DNA of 64,000 bases from assembly GCA_027365105.1 (NCBI GenBank), contig DAHXNZ010000002.1, forward strand, positions 3,672-67,671. The letters are read 5' to 3'. Positions 38,283-48,756 of this stretch are shown in pieces. The notes below the pieces were generated by a model. It did not search any database and was not told the DNA's origin. It was given only the letters and a program-made list of their open reading frames with translations. The number at the start of each line of letters is the position of its first letter. The stretch's first letter is position 1. This stretch comes from Thermoplasmata archaeon (GTDB taxonomy: Archaea > Thermoplasmatota > Thermoplasmata > Lutacidiplasmatales > UBA184). Made by a program: the position numbers and the translations under genes.

Positions 38283-38933
38283 TCAGGGGGCCAGGCTCTC
38301 GAGGAACTTCCACCAGGCCGCCGCCGCGTGCCGCACCCCCCGGACCGCCGCCAGCGCCGCCTCCGGGTCGGTGATCTCCCGGGCGAGGATCGATCGTTCG
38401 ATGCCCGCGTGGGCGGGACCGGCCTCCGAGTGGCGGGTGAAGAATTCGAGGGTGTCCGCCGCTCGGATCCCGTAGTTCTCGCGAAGTCCACGGGACATCT
38501 CGGTGGCGATCTCGGGGAGCTGGGACTCGTAGGCGTAGAGGGCCGCCAGGGCGCTCGCGGCGGAACCTCCCAGCGTCTCCTCGTCGTACGCCTTCAGGAG
38601 CCGACGGGTCGCGGGAAGTATCGGGGTCGCGGGCCCCAGCGGGGGCGCTCCCATCGCCCGGGCGAACCGTTCCCAGAGCTCGGGGCACGTCGGAGATCGC
38701 CCCTCCTCGTCGACCAGATTTCTCAGGAGCGCGGAGCGGTCGGCCGGCCGGAGGATCCGGGCATAGCCGGCCGCCACGTACCGGGCAAAGTTCGCTTCAA
38801 CGTGGGAGTACTGCTCCGCAAACTCCCGCAGCCGGGTCCGCGGCAAGGTTCCGTTCGACCAGGCCCGGTAGAACGGATGCTGGAGGAGGCGGTACGTCCT
38901 CACGATGCGATCCAGATCCCGGACGGTCGTCAT
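38283..38933 (-). CDS. PqqC/TenA/CADD-like haem-oxygenase-fold protein
   Basis: MTTVRDLDRIVRTYRLLQHPFYRAWSNGTLPRTRLREFAEQYSHVEANFARYVAAGYARI..; the HPFYxxWxxGxL...LxxFAxQYxH pattern is characteristic of PqqC/CADD family proteins. ATG at 38933 chosen over the upstream R/G-rich extension. Confidence 0.55.
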   Translation of the reverse strand: MTTVRDLDRIVRTYRLLQHPFYRAWSNGTLPRTRLREFAEQYSHVEANFARYVAAGYARILRPADRSALLRNLVDEEGRSPTCPELWERFARAMGAPPLGPATPILPATRRLLKAYDEETLGGSAASALAALYAYESQLPEIATEMSRGLRENYGIRAADTLEFFTRHSEAGPAHAGIERSILAREITDPEAALAAVRGVRHAAAAWWKFLESLAP

Positions 38934-39070
38934 CGACCGACCAACTCCATCGGATACTCGAACCTTTCCCCCGCCCACCGTTCCGGGCGTGCGTTCCGCG
39001 AGCGATTCCTTCCTGGGCCGCACGGGATCGGGAAACCGGCGGCACCCAAGGATATATTGGTCCCGCCGGA

Positions 39071-40102
39071 ATGCAGTCCAGCATGCTGACCGACCGGTTC
39101 GGGCGGGGGGTGACCGAACTCCGCATCAGCGTCACGAACCGGTGCAACTTCGCCTGCGAGTACTGCCACGACGAAGGGCTGGGACCGATCGCCTCCCCGG
39201 CGCGTCCGCACCCCGAGGAGATGCACCCCGAGGAGATTGAGCGGTTGGTCAGCATCGCGGCGGAGTACGGCGTCCGGTCGGTCAAGTTCACCGGTGGCGA
39301 ACCGCTCGTCCGGCCCGACCTCGAGGCGATTGTCGAGCGGACCGCCCGGCACGTCGCCGAGGTGTCGCTCACGACCAACGGGTCGATGCTCGCGGGCCGG
39401 GCCGCCGGGCTGCGGGCCGCCGGCCTCCGGCGGATCAACGTCTCGTTGGATTCCCTTGATCCGGCGGCGTTCCGGAGGATCCGCGGCGGGAGCCTCCCCC
39501 CGGTGCTGCGGGGAATCGACTCCGCCCTCGCCGCCGGCCTCGCCCCGGTGAAGCTCAACAGCGTCGTCTATCGGGCCACCTGGCCCTACCTCCCTTCGCT
39601 GATCGATTTTGTCCAGGCCCGTCCCGGCCTCGCCCTGCAACTGATTCAGTACATGCCCGAGTGGGTGGGCCGGGCCGACCGGGGGATCCCGGCCGCCGAG
39701 ATCCGGGAGTGGCTCTCCGCCCAGGCGACCCGGGTCCGGACCCGGGAGATGCACCATCGGAATGTGTACCGGATCGGGGGGGCAGATGTCGAACTCGTCG
39801 ATCCCGTCAACAACCCCGAGTTCTGTCGCAACTGCCACCGGATCCGGGTGACCCACCGGGGGGAACTCAAGGGCTGCCTGAACCGCAACGACGACCTCGT
39901 CCCCACCCGGGGGCTCACCGAGGGCGGAGTTCGCGCCGCCTTCGAAGAGGTCGTGCGGGAACGGGTGCCGTACTATGGGGTCTACCGCACGGGGACCAAG
40001 CCGCTCCTCCCGGTGAAGACCCTGCTGGAGGGGGCCGATCCCTTCGCCGAGGCGCCCGCCGCCGCGAAGAGACCGACCCTGACGGCCGAGGCCCCGCGCT
40101 GA
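39071..40102 (+). CDS. moaA: GTP 3',8-cyclase MoaA (molybdenum cofactor biosynthesis, radical SAM)
   Basis: ..LRISVTNRCNFACEYCHDEG.. (CxxxCxxC radical-SAM cluster), ..VKFTGGEPLVRPDL.., ..LTTNGSML.., C-terminal second cluster Cys (..EFCRNCHRIRVTHRGELKGCL..). Confidence 0.85.
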   Translation: MQSSMLTDRFGRGVTELRISVTNRCNFACEYCHDEGLGPIASPARPHPEEMHPEEIERLVSIAAEYGVRSVKFTGGEPLVRPDLEAIVERTARHVAEVSLTTNGSMLAGRAAGLRAAGLRRINVSLDSLDPAAFRRIRGGSLPPVLRGIDSALAAGLAPVKLNSVVYRATWPYLPSLIDFVQARPGLALQLIQYMPEWVGRADRGIPAAEIREWLSAQATRVRTREMHHRNVYRIGGADVELVDPVNNPEFCRNCHRIRVTHRGELKGCLNRNDDLVPTRGLTEGGVRAAFEEVVRERVPYYGVYRTGTKPLLPVKTLLEGADPFAEAPAAAKRPTLTAEAPR

Positions 40103-40146
40103 GCCGGGGACGCCGTCGAGCATCGGCCGGCTTCGGGCCCAGTCGG

Positions 40147-40932
40147 TCAGGCGACGAGGTAACCGCCGTCGACCGGGACCAGCGCCCCCGTCATGTACTC
40201 GGAGAGGCGGCTCGCCAAGAAGAGGACGACCCGGGCGATCTCGTCCGGACTCCCCATGCGCCCCATCGGGATGCGGGCGAGGAACCCGGCCATCGCCCGG
40301 GCGGGGACGGCGCCCGGGGCCACGGCCGCCCGGGCGCCGGGCGTGTCGATCCCCCCGGGCGCGATCGCGTTGATCCGGATCCCGAAGGGGGCCAGCTCGA
40401 CCGCGAGGGAGCGGGTCAGCATCACGACGCCGGCCTTGGAGGCGTCGTACGGGGCGAGCTGCCCGGTCGGGCGGATGGCGTCCACCGACGCGATGTTGAC
40501 GATCCGGCCACCGGCGCCGCCCGCCCGCATCTGGCGGGCGACTTCGGTGGTGAGGAAGAAGAGCCCCCGGAGGTTGAGGTTCAGCACGGCATCCCACCGC
40601 TCGGGGGTCGTCTCGAGCGCCGGGGCGGTCGGGAAGATGGCCGCGTTGTTCACCAGGATGTCGATCCGGGGAGCCTCCTCCCGGATCCGGGCCATCGTCT
40701 CGGGCAGGGATTCGACCCGGGTGACATCGAGGGGGAGGAACCTTGCCCGGCCGCCCCCGTGGATGATCTCCTGGGCGAGTCGGCTCCCCGCGGCCGCATT
40801 CACATCGGTCACCACGACCGAGGCGCCGGCCTCGGCCAGGCGTCGGGCGGACGCCGCCCCGATCCCCTGGGCGGCGCCGGTGACGAGAGCGGTCTCTCCG
40901 GAAAGATCGATGAGCTCCGGGATTCGCGTCAC
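40147..40932 (-). CDS. short-chain dehydrogenase/reductase (FabG-like SDR)
   Basis: TALVTGAAQGIGAASARRLAEAGASVVVTD (TGxxxGIG), NNAAI, catalytic YDASKAG, PGGIDTP. GTG start at 40932 chosen; the track ORF extends further upstream through P/G-rich sequence. Confidence 0.8.
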   Translation of the reverse strand: MTRIPELIDLSGETALVTGAAQGIGAASARRLAEAGASVVVTDVNAAAGSRLAQEIIHGGGRARFLPLDVTRVESLPETMARIREEAPRIDILVNNAAIFPTAPALETTPERWDAVLNLNLRGLFFLTTEVARQMRAGGAGGRIVNIASVDAIRPTGQLAPYDASKAGVVMLTRSLAVELAPFGIRINAIAPGGIDTPGARAAVAPGAVPARAMAGFLARIPMGRMGSPDEIARVVLFLASRLSEYMTGALVPVDGGYLVA

Positions 40933-40979
40933 TGGGATTCCCCGGGGCAGGATCGGGCCGCTCTGGGATAGAGGTTCTG

Positions 40980-43088
40980 TCAAACCGCGTTGACGGGATG
41001 CTCTCCGATCCGGTCGCCCGGGCGGGACGGCGCCCGGGGGAGGAGGCGGACCCAGCGCAGCGAGAGGGAGTTGACCAGGACCAGGGTCGAGGAGAGGGCC
41101 ATCGCGGTCGCTCCGAGGATCGGGAGCACCGAGTAGATGCCGAACCCGAACCACGGGACCAGGGCCCCGGCGGCGATCGGCAGCAGGAAGGCGTTGTACC
41201 CGAGGGCCCAGACCAGGTTCTGGCGCACCTTGCGGACGGTGCGGCGGGCGATCCGGACCGCGACCGGGACCTGGGTCCAGTCGGAGCGGAGCAGCACAAT
41301 CTTGCCGGCCTCCTGGGCCACGTCGGTGCCGGCCCCGATTGCGATTCCCACATCCGCGGCGGTCAGGACGGCCGCGTCGTTGATCCCGTCGCCGACGAAC
41401 CCCACCGCCCCGCCGTTCGACTGGAACCTCCGCAGGATCTCCACCTTGCCCGCCGGCGTGACGCCGGCGTAGAGTTCGGCGATCCCCGCCTCGCCCGCGA
41501 TCTCCCGGGCGACCGTCTCGCGGTCGCCGGTGACCATGACGGTGGGGATCCCCAAGGCCCGCAGCTCCGCGATCGCCGCCGCCGCCGAGGGGCGGAGGCG
41601 ATCCTCGAAGCTCAGGAGCGCCCGGGGCCGACCCTCGATGGCCAGGACCGCCTCGCTCCGGGCGCTTCCGGCGGGCGGCCGGTTCGCGGTCGAGAATCGC
41701 TCGACGCCGCCCCGGCCGAGCGTCACCCGGCGACCGCCGGAGTAGCCCTCCACCCCTTCGCCGGGAAGCGCCCGAAACCGTTCGACCGGGGTCGGAACGA
41801 CCCCCTGGCGGAGCGCCTCGGCGACGACCGCCCGGGCGAAGGGGTGCTCGGAGCCCGATTCGAGCCCGGCGGCCAGCGCCAGCAGCGCCCGGGGATCCTC
41901 CCCCTCGATGGCCCGGAACTCGGCGAGCGACGCCCGGCCTTCGGTCAACGTCCCGGTCTTGTCGGTCAGCAGCCGGTCGAGCCGGGCCGCCTGTTCGAGG
42001 GCGTCGTGCCCCTTGAAGAGGATCCCGTCGCGGGCGGCCCGGCCGGTCCCGACGACGATCGCGGCCGGGGTGGCGAGCCCGAAGGCGCAGGGGCAGGCGA
42101 TGATCGTGACGGTCACGAAGATTAGGATCCCGTCGGTGGGGCTCGCCCCGCCGAACAGCGTCCAGCCGAGCGCGGCCACGACCGCCAGACCCAGCACTGT
42201 CGGGACGAAGGCCGCCGCGATCCGGTCCGCGGTCCGCTGGAGCGGCACCTTCGACTGTTCGGCCTCCGAGACGATCCGGCCGATCTGGCCGACAAAGGTG
42301 TCCTCTCCCACGCTCCGCGCCTCGATTTCGAGCTGGCCGTCCCCGTTGATCGCGCCGGAGACCACCGGATCTCCGGGGCGCTTGCCGACCGGGACGCTCT
42401 CGCCCGTAACGATCGACTCGTCGACCGAGGATCCCCCGGCCCGGACCACCCCGTCGACCGGGATCCGCTCCCCCGGCCGCACCCTGAGATGGTCGCCCGG
42501 CTGGATCTCCTCGAGGGCGATCGGCTCTTCCCGACCGTCCCGGATCCTCCGGACCGTCGCCGGCAGGATCGCCCGGAGCCGTTGGAGGGTGTCCGCGGCC
42601 AGGGCCCGGGTGCGCCGTTCCAGGTAATTGCCCACCAGGATCAGCGTCAGGATCGCGGACGAGGCATCGAAATAGGTGGCCGGGGGGAGCCGTCCGGGGA
42701 GCAGGAGGACCGCGGCGCTGTACAGGAAGGCCGACGTGCTGCCGACCGCGATCAGAAGGTCCATGTTGCCGTGCCGGGTTCGGATCGCATCCCAGGCGCC
42801 CTGGTAGAACGGGCGGCCGAGATAGACCTGGACCGCAAGGGCGAGGGCCCCCGCGACCGCCTCGGCCCCGCCGAACCTCAGGAGACTGTACTGGAGGAGG
42901 ACGATCACGACCGTCGCCGGAGCTCCGAAGGCGATCCGACGGACCAGATCCCGCAGGTCGTGGGTCGGATCGGCGAAGGTGGTCCGGCAGGAGGTCGAGC
43001 AGAAGTAGTAGGTCCGGTTGTCCCGGGTCGCGGAGAGATCGTCGGGCGATCCCTCGACGTACATGCCGCAGATGGGATCAGTCGGCAT
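40980..43088 (-). CDS. copA: copper-translocating P1B-type ATPase with N-terminal YHS/TRASH metal-binding domain
   Basis: N-terminus [23 protein letters not shown] (TRASH/YHS). TM CPC motif [13 protein letters not shown]; phosphorylation DKTGTLT; ..[10 protein letters not shown].. Confidence 0.85.
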   Translation of the reverse strand: MPTDPICGMYVEGSPDDLSATRDNRTYYFCSTSCRTTFADPTHDLRDLVRRIAFGAPATVVIVLLQYSLLRFGGAEAVAGALALAVQVYLGRPFYQGAWDAIRTRHGNMDLLIAVGSTSAFLYSAAVLLLPGRLPPATYFDASSAILTLILVGNYLERRTRALAADTLQRLRAILPATVRRIRDGREEPIALEEIQPGDHLRVRPGERIPVDGVVRAGGSSVDESIVTGESVPVGKRPGDPVVSGAINGDGQLEIEARSVGEDTFVGQIGRIVSEAEQSKVPLQRTADRIAAAFVPTVLGLAVVAALGWTLFGGASPTDGILIFVTVTIIACPCAFGLATPAAIVVGTGRAARDGILFKGHDALEQAARLDRLLTDKTGTLTEGRASLAEFRAIEGEDPRALLALAAGLESGSEHPFARAVVAEALRQGVVPTPVERFRALPGEGVEGYSGGRRVTLGRGGVERFSTANRPPAGSARSEAVLAIEGRPRALLSFEDRLRPSAAAAIAELRALGIPTVMVTGDRETVAREIAGEAGIAELYAGVTPAGKVEILRRFQSNGGAVGFVGDGINDAAVLTAADVGIAIGAGTDVAQEAGKIVLLRSDWTQVPVAVRIARRTVRKVRQNLVWALGYNAFLLPIAAGALVPWFGFGIYSVLPILGATAMALSSTLVLVNSLSLRWVRLLPRAPSRPGDRIGEHPVNAV

Positions 43089-43118
43089 GTCGGCCCGGGT
43101 GGACTGGGGCTCCGCCGG

Positions 43119-43274
43119 CTACACCGGTTGCGGGGTCCGCGGATGGGTCCGTTCGTACTTTTCCTGGCAGCCCCGCTGGCAGAAGTAGACCTCGACCCCA
43201 TCGTACGTGCCGTGCGCGGCCGCCCGAGTCGTTTCGATCATCATCCCGCAGACCGGGTCCTTGACTTTGGTCAT
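43119..43274 (-). CDS. small YHS/TRASH-domain metal-binding protein (51 aa; below ORF-track cutoff)
   Basis: Reverse complement reads ATG..TAG: MTKVKDPVCGMMIETTRAAAHGTYDGVEVYFCQRGCQEKYERTHPRTPQPV. The pattern PVCGM...YFCxxxC is the YHS/TRASH signature. Ends 30 nt upstream of the copA start. Confidence 0.5.
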   Translation of the reverse strand: MTKVKDPVCGMMIETTRAAAHGTYDGVEVYFCQRGCQEKYERTHPRTPQPV

Positions 43275-43315
43275 GGATTCCTCGGTCCGAGTACCCCCCG
43301 GAACTACTTAAGCGT

Positions 43316-43347
43316 GCTAATGCCATGACAAATTGGTAGGCATTAGC
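43316..43347 (+). promoter_or_regulatory. 9-bp inverted repeat GCTAATGCC-N14-GGCATTAGC between the copper-ATPase operon and the CGNR regulator gene
   Basis: Perfect arms 43316-43324 and 43339-43347; the right arm ends 3 nt before the ATG of the CGNR gene; located in the divergent promoter region. Confidence 0.4.
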
Positions 43348-43349
43348 CG

Positions 43350-43871
43350 ATGACGAAGGGATCCCGCGGTTCCGTCTCCGAAGATCGCGTCCGTTCGCTG
43401 CTCGCTTTCCTGAACACCCGGGCCTGCCCGGCCTGCCGGGCCGGCGAGGCCCTCGGGCCGGGTCGCACCGTCGGGCCGGCGGGCGACGACCTCCGTCAAT
43501 TTCGCGACGACCTGGCCGCGCTCCTCGAGGCCCGGATCGACGGGACCCGCCCCGCTCCCGGGCTTGTCCGACGTGCCAACCGTCGCCTTCGCCGGGCGGT
43601 GCGCGTCCCCCAGATTGCATGGACCGGCGGGACGATGGCGCTCCAATCCTGCCCGCTCCGATCGGACGCTCCGCCGGACGAAGGACCGGGCCCCGCCGCC
43701 GACTGGATCCTCCTGGTGGCGTCCCCCCGGCCACCGATCGACCGGTGCGCGGCGCAGGGATGCCGCCACTTCTTCCTCCGCTGGAGGTCCAACCAGCGGT
43801 GGTGTTCCCCGGAGGGGTGCGGCAACCGGGCCCGGGTCGCCCGGCACCACCTCCAACGGCCCCGCCCGTAA
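43350..43871 (+). CDS. ABATE/CGNR zinc-finger domain protein (putative stress-responsive nucleic-acid-binding regulator)
   Basis: C-terminus ..CAAQGCRHFFLRWRSNQRWCSPEGCGNRARVARHH.. matches the zf-CGNR motif (C..C(R/G)..F.D.S.N.S.RWCSM..CGNRAK..RH) preceded by an ABATE-like region. Confidence 0.6.
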   Translation: MTKGSRGSVSEDRVRSLLAFLNTRACPACRAGEALGPGRTVGPAGDDLRQFRDDLAALLEARIDGTRPAPGLVRRANRRLRRAVRVPQIAWTGGTMALQSCPLRSDAPPDEGPGPAADWILLVASPRPPIDRCAAQGCRHFFLRWRSNQRWCSPEGCGNRARVARHHLQRPRP

Positions 43872-43966
43872 CCCCCGCCCCTCCCGCGGGGGAGGGCCTC
43901 CCCGCCCGCGCGGTTCCCGCGGCAAGCGACGTTACGACCGACCTCGCCGGGACCCCCCCGGTGGCC

Positions 43967-46402
43967 CTATCCTCTTCGTGGCCCGTCACCCGCCCCAGGA
44001 ACCGGGCCCGGGCTCTCCTCCCGAGGCTCTGAGGCCGGGCCGACGCCGGACCGGGCCCTCCGACTCACGCCGAGAACCGCCGCTCCCGCACCGACCCCGA
44101 GCCCGATGATCCCGATCCCGACCACGATCCCGAGGGAATAGCCGGACATCCCCGCCGAGCCGCCTGTCGGGAGCGGGGAAGGGGGCGGCCCGGCGACCAC
44201 GTCCACCACCACCTCGCGCACGACACTCCCCCCCACCGAGTCGTATATCGTCACGGAGACCGTGTGAACTCCCGACGTCATGAACGCCTGGGTCGTCGTC
44301 GCGCCCAGGGCAATATCCCCGTTCCCAAAGTTCCACAGGTAGCTGTACGGCGCCGTCCCTCCCGCCGCGACAGCCGAGAAGGTCACCCGACTCCCGCTGG
44401 TCGTCCGAGTCGCGCTCGCCGATGCATTGGCCTCGAGCGCCGGGTTCACGAGCAGGCTCAGCGAGGCCTGCGTCCCGGCACCCACACTGTCATTGACCCA
44501 GAGCCGCGGCGAGTAGACACCGGCCCGGGAAAACGTGTGCGCCGGGTTCGGGACGGCACTCGAGTTCCCGTCCCCGAACTCCCAGGCATACGTCAGGGGT
44601 CCCGTCCCGCCGTAGGCGGTGGCGTTCCAGGCCACCCGGAGCCCCACGTCGGTCACGTTCTGGCTCTCGGTGGCCCGGACGATCAGGCCCGGATTGACCC
44701 GCACCGACACATTGGCCGAGATCGTGTCGCCCACCGCGTCCACCGCGGTGAAGACCGCCGGATAGGTGCCGGACCCCATGAACGTCGGGCTCCACGAGGC
44801 GTTGGTGTTCGTCACACCCCCGATCCTCCACATCACGTTCATCGGGGGCGTACCCCCCGTCACCACCCCATCGAGCCGCACCGGAATCCCCACGGTCGTG
44901 GGATTCGGAGTGGCAAAGACGCTCACGGAAGGGGCGGGGTTCACCACCAGGGAGGCGGCCACCGTGGCATACGACCCCAGCGTGTCCGTGAGGTTCACCC
45001 CGAACTCGAACGTCCCCGACTGGTTCAGCCGGCACGTCACCACGGTCGTGTTGCTGAACCTCGGAGGCACCGGGCAGCCCGGAGGCGCCGAGGTGACGTT
45101 GAGGCTATACGGCCGGACTCCCCCCGTGGCCGTGATCGTGAAGTTGACCGTCTGGCCCACATCCCGGACCGGCGAGGACCCGGTCACGTTGACCGTCAAC
45201 GGGTCCCGCAGCAGCCACGTCTGGTTCGCGTTGCCGCGATACGAAAGCTCGTCCAGCAAGACAAAATAGCCGTCGGTCGAGTCGTAGGCCATGGCGGCAT
45301 AGGTCTCCCCCGGCGGGGCCGCTCCCAACATCGACGTGGCGTTCGACCAGGTCCCGTTCGCATACTCCCAGGTCGAGTTGTCCGGGGGCCCCCCCGGACC
45401 AAAGAACGCCGCGTAGCCCGCCGCCGAATCGTACCCGTACGTCGTGGAAAAACTCGCGGGCGGGGAGACCGTCGGCCCCAGCCGACTCCAGTTTCCCCCC
45501 TGAAACTCCCACGTCTCCCCGTTCCACAGGATCGCGCCCCTCATCGAGCCCACGTAGAACAGCACCCCGGGCGTTGACGGCATCCGCCCCACCGGGGTGA
45601 GCATCGTCCAGGTGCCGTTCGTGAACTTCCAGGTCTGCCCGTTCGTTCCGAACAGAAGCAGGTAGCCCGCCGCCGCGTCGAAGGTCATGCTCCCCTGAGG
45701 CGCCTGGACCGTCTTCGTTACGTTCGTCCAGCTCCCGTTCGCAAACTCCCATGTGTCGGTAAAATCGTTGAAGGGACCGTCTCCCCCGTGCAGCACCACC
45801 GCTCGTTCCTCGGGATCATACGCCATCGCCGCGAGGTAGCGCGCCGGGGGAGACACCGCACATCTCGGCGGCGCCGACGTGCCCGAACAGAGTTCGGTCC
45901 ACTGCCCGCCCTTCATCAGCCAGGTGTCGTTCAACGCGACGTTTCCGGCGCTGATTCCGCCGAACAGAAGTGCGCCCCCCTCCGCCGGGTCATCGACCAT
46001 CGTCGCAAAATCCCGGGCCGGGGGATTCGTGCTCCGGTTCCAGAGTACCCAGCCTTGGACCGGAGAGATCCCTAGGTCGTTCGCTCCGGCCGGGAGCGGC
46101 CTCCGCATCGCCGCGGGGGCCGGGCTCTGAGCCGCCAGAGGCGGAGCTCCCGTCCGGTCGGCCGACCCCACCCGCGATCCGCCGGGAACCGGTCGGACCC
46201 CCCCGGCCTCTCCCAACGGGACTCCGCTCACCACCACGGTCAGCGCGACAGCAATGATCATCAGGGCCGGGAAAACGGCGCGGCCGGGAACCCGATCGAG
46301 GAGCCCGACCGCCCCGGAACCCAGCCCGCCCCGGCGCCACAACGCCCGCAACTCGATCCGCTTCACTCTCCCTCGACCCTCCGGCCGGTTCCCTTCGTTC
46401 AT
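43967..46402 (-). CDS. surface protein: N-terminal signal anchor, Kelch-type beta-propeller repeats, PKD domains, C-terminal TM anchor
   Basis: Kelch-like units (..YLAAMAYDPEERAVVLHGGDG.., ..YAAMAYDSTDGYFVLL..). PKD signatures (..YAWEFGDGNSSAVPNPAHTF.., ..YLWNFGNGD..). C-terminal ..GYSLGIVVGIGIIGLGVGAGAAVLGV.. anchor; many N-x-S/T sequons. Confidence 0.7.
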   Translation of the reverse strand: MNEGNRPEGRGRVKRIELRALWRRGGLGSGAVGLLDRVPGRAVFPALMIIAVALTVVVSGVPLGEAGGVRPVPGGSRVGSADRTGAPPLAAQSPAPAAMRRPLPAGANDLGISPVQGWVLWNRSTNPPARDFATMVDDPAEGGALLFGGISAGNVALNDTWLMKGGQWTELCSGTSAPPRCAVSPPARYLAAMAYDPEERAVVLHGGDGPFNDFTDTWEFANGSWTNVTKTVQAPQGSMTFDAAAGYLLLFGTNGQTWKFTNGTWTMLTPVGRMPSTPGVLFYVGSMRGAILWNGETWEFQGGNWSRLGPTVSPPASFSTTYGYDSAAGYAAFFGPGGPPDNSTWEYANGTWSNATSMLGAAPPGETYAAMAYDSTDGYFVLLDELSYRGNANQTWLLRDPLTVNVTGSSPVRDVGQTVNFTITATGGVRPYSLNVTSAPPGCPVPPRFSNTTVVTCRLNQSGTFEFGVNLTDTLGSYATVAASLVVNPAPSVSVFATPNPTTVGIPVRLDGVVTGGTPPMNVMWRIGGVTNTNASWSPTFMGSGTYPAVFTAVDAVGDTISANVSVRVNPGLIVRATESQNVTDVGLRVAWNATAYGGTGPLTYAWEFGDGNSSAVPNPAHTFSRAGVYSPRLWVNDSVGAGTQASLSLLVNPALEANASASATRTTSGSRVTFSAVAAGGTAPYSYLWNFGNGDIALGATTTQAFMTSGVHTVSVTIYDSVGGSVVREVVVDVVAGPPPSPLPTGGSAGMSGYSLGIVVGIGIIGLGVGAGAAVLGVSRRARSGVGPASEPREESPGPVPGAGDGPRRG

Positions 46403-46443
46403 GTCCCTCTCCCTCCTCTCAGAACCCGGTCGTTCCCCTCCCC

Positions 46444-48648
46444 CTACTCCGCCCCTCGTACCGGTCCCCTTCGCCGCGGCCGTCCACCGATCCGAACCGC
46501 CAGGCGCACCTCCTGGCGGCCCGGCCGCACGACGATCCCGACCGCCCCGGCTCCCAGTATGCCCGCCGCCGCCGCCACCAGGGAAAGTGACGCCCCCACA
46601 CTGGCGCTCACTACGACCGGGGTCGCCACCGGGGCGGGAGCCGGTGTCGGCAGGCTCGGGCTGGGCAGCGGGACTCCCACCGACGGCGGTGGCGGAGGGG
46701 GTGGGGGAGTGGGCGCCGGGTCGGTCTCAGCGGCCGGCGGCAGGACAGTGACCCGGACGAGCGGAAGGCTCTCCGACAACCGGGTCGCATTGCCCGAAGG
46801 GCTGAACCCGAATGCCGAGAAGAGTCCCCCCACCGCCCTCGTGCCCGCTCCGAGACAGCTGGCCGTGACACAACTGTCGACCGGCACGAGGCCATACGGA
46901 GGCCCGAGGGCCTGCACGTTGAACTCAATCTGCCACGTGTCCCCCTCGCGGAGGGCGTCCGCCGCCCCCGCCGACACCGCGCTCCAGTTCCAGGTCAACA
47001 CCTCGACACCACCATGATGCTGAATCTCCGGGGCCCGAGGACACACCGAACTGGCCCCGCCCGCCTTCGCGCACTCGACCGACACCCCCAGGTTCGGGGC
47101 CGGCGTCAGGTTACGCCAGCCGAGGAACGTCAGGGTCGGGGCCGCCAGCCAATAGAACGGTCCATACAGTACGCTCCCATTGCCCGTATCTTCCCCCCAG
47201 GAAGGGGTCGCCGGCACCGGGTCGATCCTGACGGTCAGACTGACCCGGGTCTCCTCGGTCCCCGCTCCGCAGTTCGGGGAGGCCCCGCTGCAGATGATCG
47301 ATGGAGCCGCCGTCGCTGCCAGACTGACGGCGACAGGGGGGACCGTGTAGATCCAAGTGTCGTTCCAGTCATCCCAGTAATTGCTCCAATACGGGGTCGA
47401 CGGTGAAAGGTTCGTGGGCGAGTCGTTCAGGGGGCCGGAGAAACCTCCAAAGAACAGCACATAGCCATCCCCCTCGTCGAACGTCATCGACGCGTAGCTT
47501 CGGCCCGGAGGACTCGGAATCGATTCGTTCGTCCAGGTGCCCGCCCCATACGACCACGTCACCCCTTCGTCCGTGTAGTCCCACGGGCCATGCGTCCACG
47601 CTAGGGCGCTATACAGCAAGACATACCCATCCTTGGCGTCGAACGTCATCGAAGGATTGCCCAACCCGTCGTTGACTGCTCGGCGGAGTGCGGTCGGGAT
47701 CGCTCCTTGGTTGGTCCAGTTCCCCCCAGAGAAGGTCCACGTGTCGCGCAGCCAATACGAATCATACGTGAATCTTGAGCTGGCGAGCATCAGGGCGTAG
47801 CCGTCCGCGGCATCATATACCAACTGCGACGAGTGTCCGACCGCCGTATCGGCCACCGGAGCGTACGATGTCTGCACGTGGTGCCACTCTCCACCGGAGA
47901 ACGCCCATGTCTCCTCCACCATCCGTGTCTGGTTGGTTCCGTTGGTTCCATTGCCATCTCCTGTTTCAATGTACGAAAACCCATACAGGAGCACGGCACG
48001 ACTGGCCGCATCATACGTCGCCAAAGCAAAGTCGACCACGGGCGGCTCCGCGATGTGCAGTTCGGTCCATCTCCCGTGGGCGAATATCCACGTCTCGGTA
48101 TGGGATTGGGGAGGGGGTTGGGAGGAGGAGAACCCATACCGGCTGAAATTCAGATACGCCACGACGTACCCGTCGGCCGCGTCATAGGCCATCGCCGGAT
48201 GGCAACTGTGGGGACCGGGAATGGAGAGGTTGGTCCACACCCCGTCCCGATAAGTCCATGTGTCGTTGAGGCAGTAACCTCCCCTCCACCCACCGAAAAG
48301 GATGACATAACCATCGGCCGCGTCGTAGACCATTCCCGCATCTGATCGCCCCGAGGGATGCGTCAACGGGTGGAGCTGGGTCCAGTGCGGGCTGGCGTTC
48401 GACTGAGCGGGGTCCGGAGACGCGGATCCGCCCGAGACGACAGGGGTCGCTCCCCGCATCCCGAGTTCGGTCCCGGTTGGGCTCGCCCCAACACCGGTCG
48501 GCAACGCCAGCATCGTGACCAGCCCGACCGCCAGGAGCCCGAGGACCAGCGCCCGCGGCACGCCCCGGGATCCCGATGCCGGACCACTTCTCTCTCCGGC
48601 CATGGTTACCCACGGGTCGCCCCGCCCTCCTTCGGCTGCGAGCCCCAT
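46444..48648 (-). CDS. Kelch-repeat beta-propeller surface protein with Pro-rich stalk and C-terminal TM anchor
   Basis: Repeated ..MVYDAADGYVILFGGWRGGYCLNDTWTY.., ..AMAYDAADGYVVAY.., ..LVYDAADGYALML.., ..MTFDEGDGYVLFFGGF..NDTWIY.. units. C-terminal ..PTPPPPPPPPSVGVPLPSPSLPTPAPAP.. then hydrophobic anchor. Confidence 0.7.
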   Translation of the reverse strand: MGLAAEGGRGDPWVTMAGERSGPASGSRGVPRALVLGLLAVGLVTMLALPTGVGASPTGTELGMRGATPVVSGGSASPDPAQSNASPHWTQLHPLTHPSGRSDAGMVYDAADGYVILFGGWRGGYCLNDTWTYRDGVWTNLSIPGPHSCHPAMAYDAADGYVVAYLNFSRYGFSSSQPPPQSHTETWIFAHGRWTELHIAEPPVVDFALATYDAASRAVLLYGFSYIETGDGNGTNGTNQTRMVEETWAFSGGEWHHVQTSYAPVADTAVGHSSQLVYDAADGYALMLASSRFTYDSYWLRDTWTFSGGNWTNQGAIPTALRRAVNDGLGNPSMTFDAKDGYVLLYSALAWTHGPWDYTDEGVTWSYGAGTWTNESIPSPPGRSYASMTFDEGDGYVLFFGGFSGPLNDSPTNLSPSTPYWSNYWDDWNDTWIYTVPPVAVSLAATAAPSIICSGASPNCGAGTEETRVSLTVRIDPVPATPSWGEDTGNGSVLYGPFYWLAAPTLTFLGWRNLTPAPNLGVSVECAKAGGASSVCPRAPEIQHHGGVEVLTWNWSAVSAGAADALREGDTWQIEFNVQALGPPYGLVPVDSCVTASCLGAGTRAVGGLFSAFGFSPSGNATRLSESLPLVRVTVLPPAAETDPAPTPPPPPPPPSVGVPLPSPSLPTPAPAPVATPVVVSASVGASLSLVAAAAGILGAGAVGIVVRPGRQEVRLAVRIGGRPRRRGPVRGAE

Positions 48649-48756
48649 CGTCGACCTCTCCGCATCCCCCCGGACGGGCGCCCGGGTTGACGGCCCGTGC
48701 TCCTTCGGCCCTCAGATCCCCCGGCCCCGACTCCCATTCGAAGCCTCCCCGTTCGG

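Noticed and set aside
43078-43989. 303-aa minus ORF overlapping the CGNR regulator region
   Set aside because: Low-complexity G/R/P-rich; the antisense CGNR zinc-finger ORF and the small YHS ORF explain the region better.
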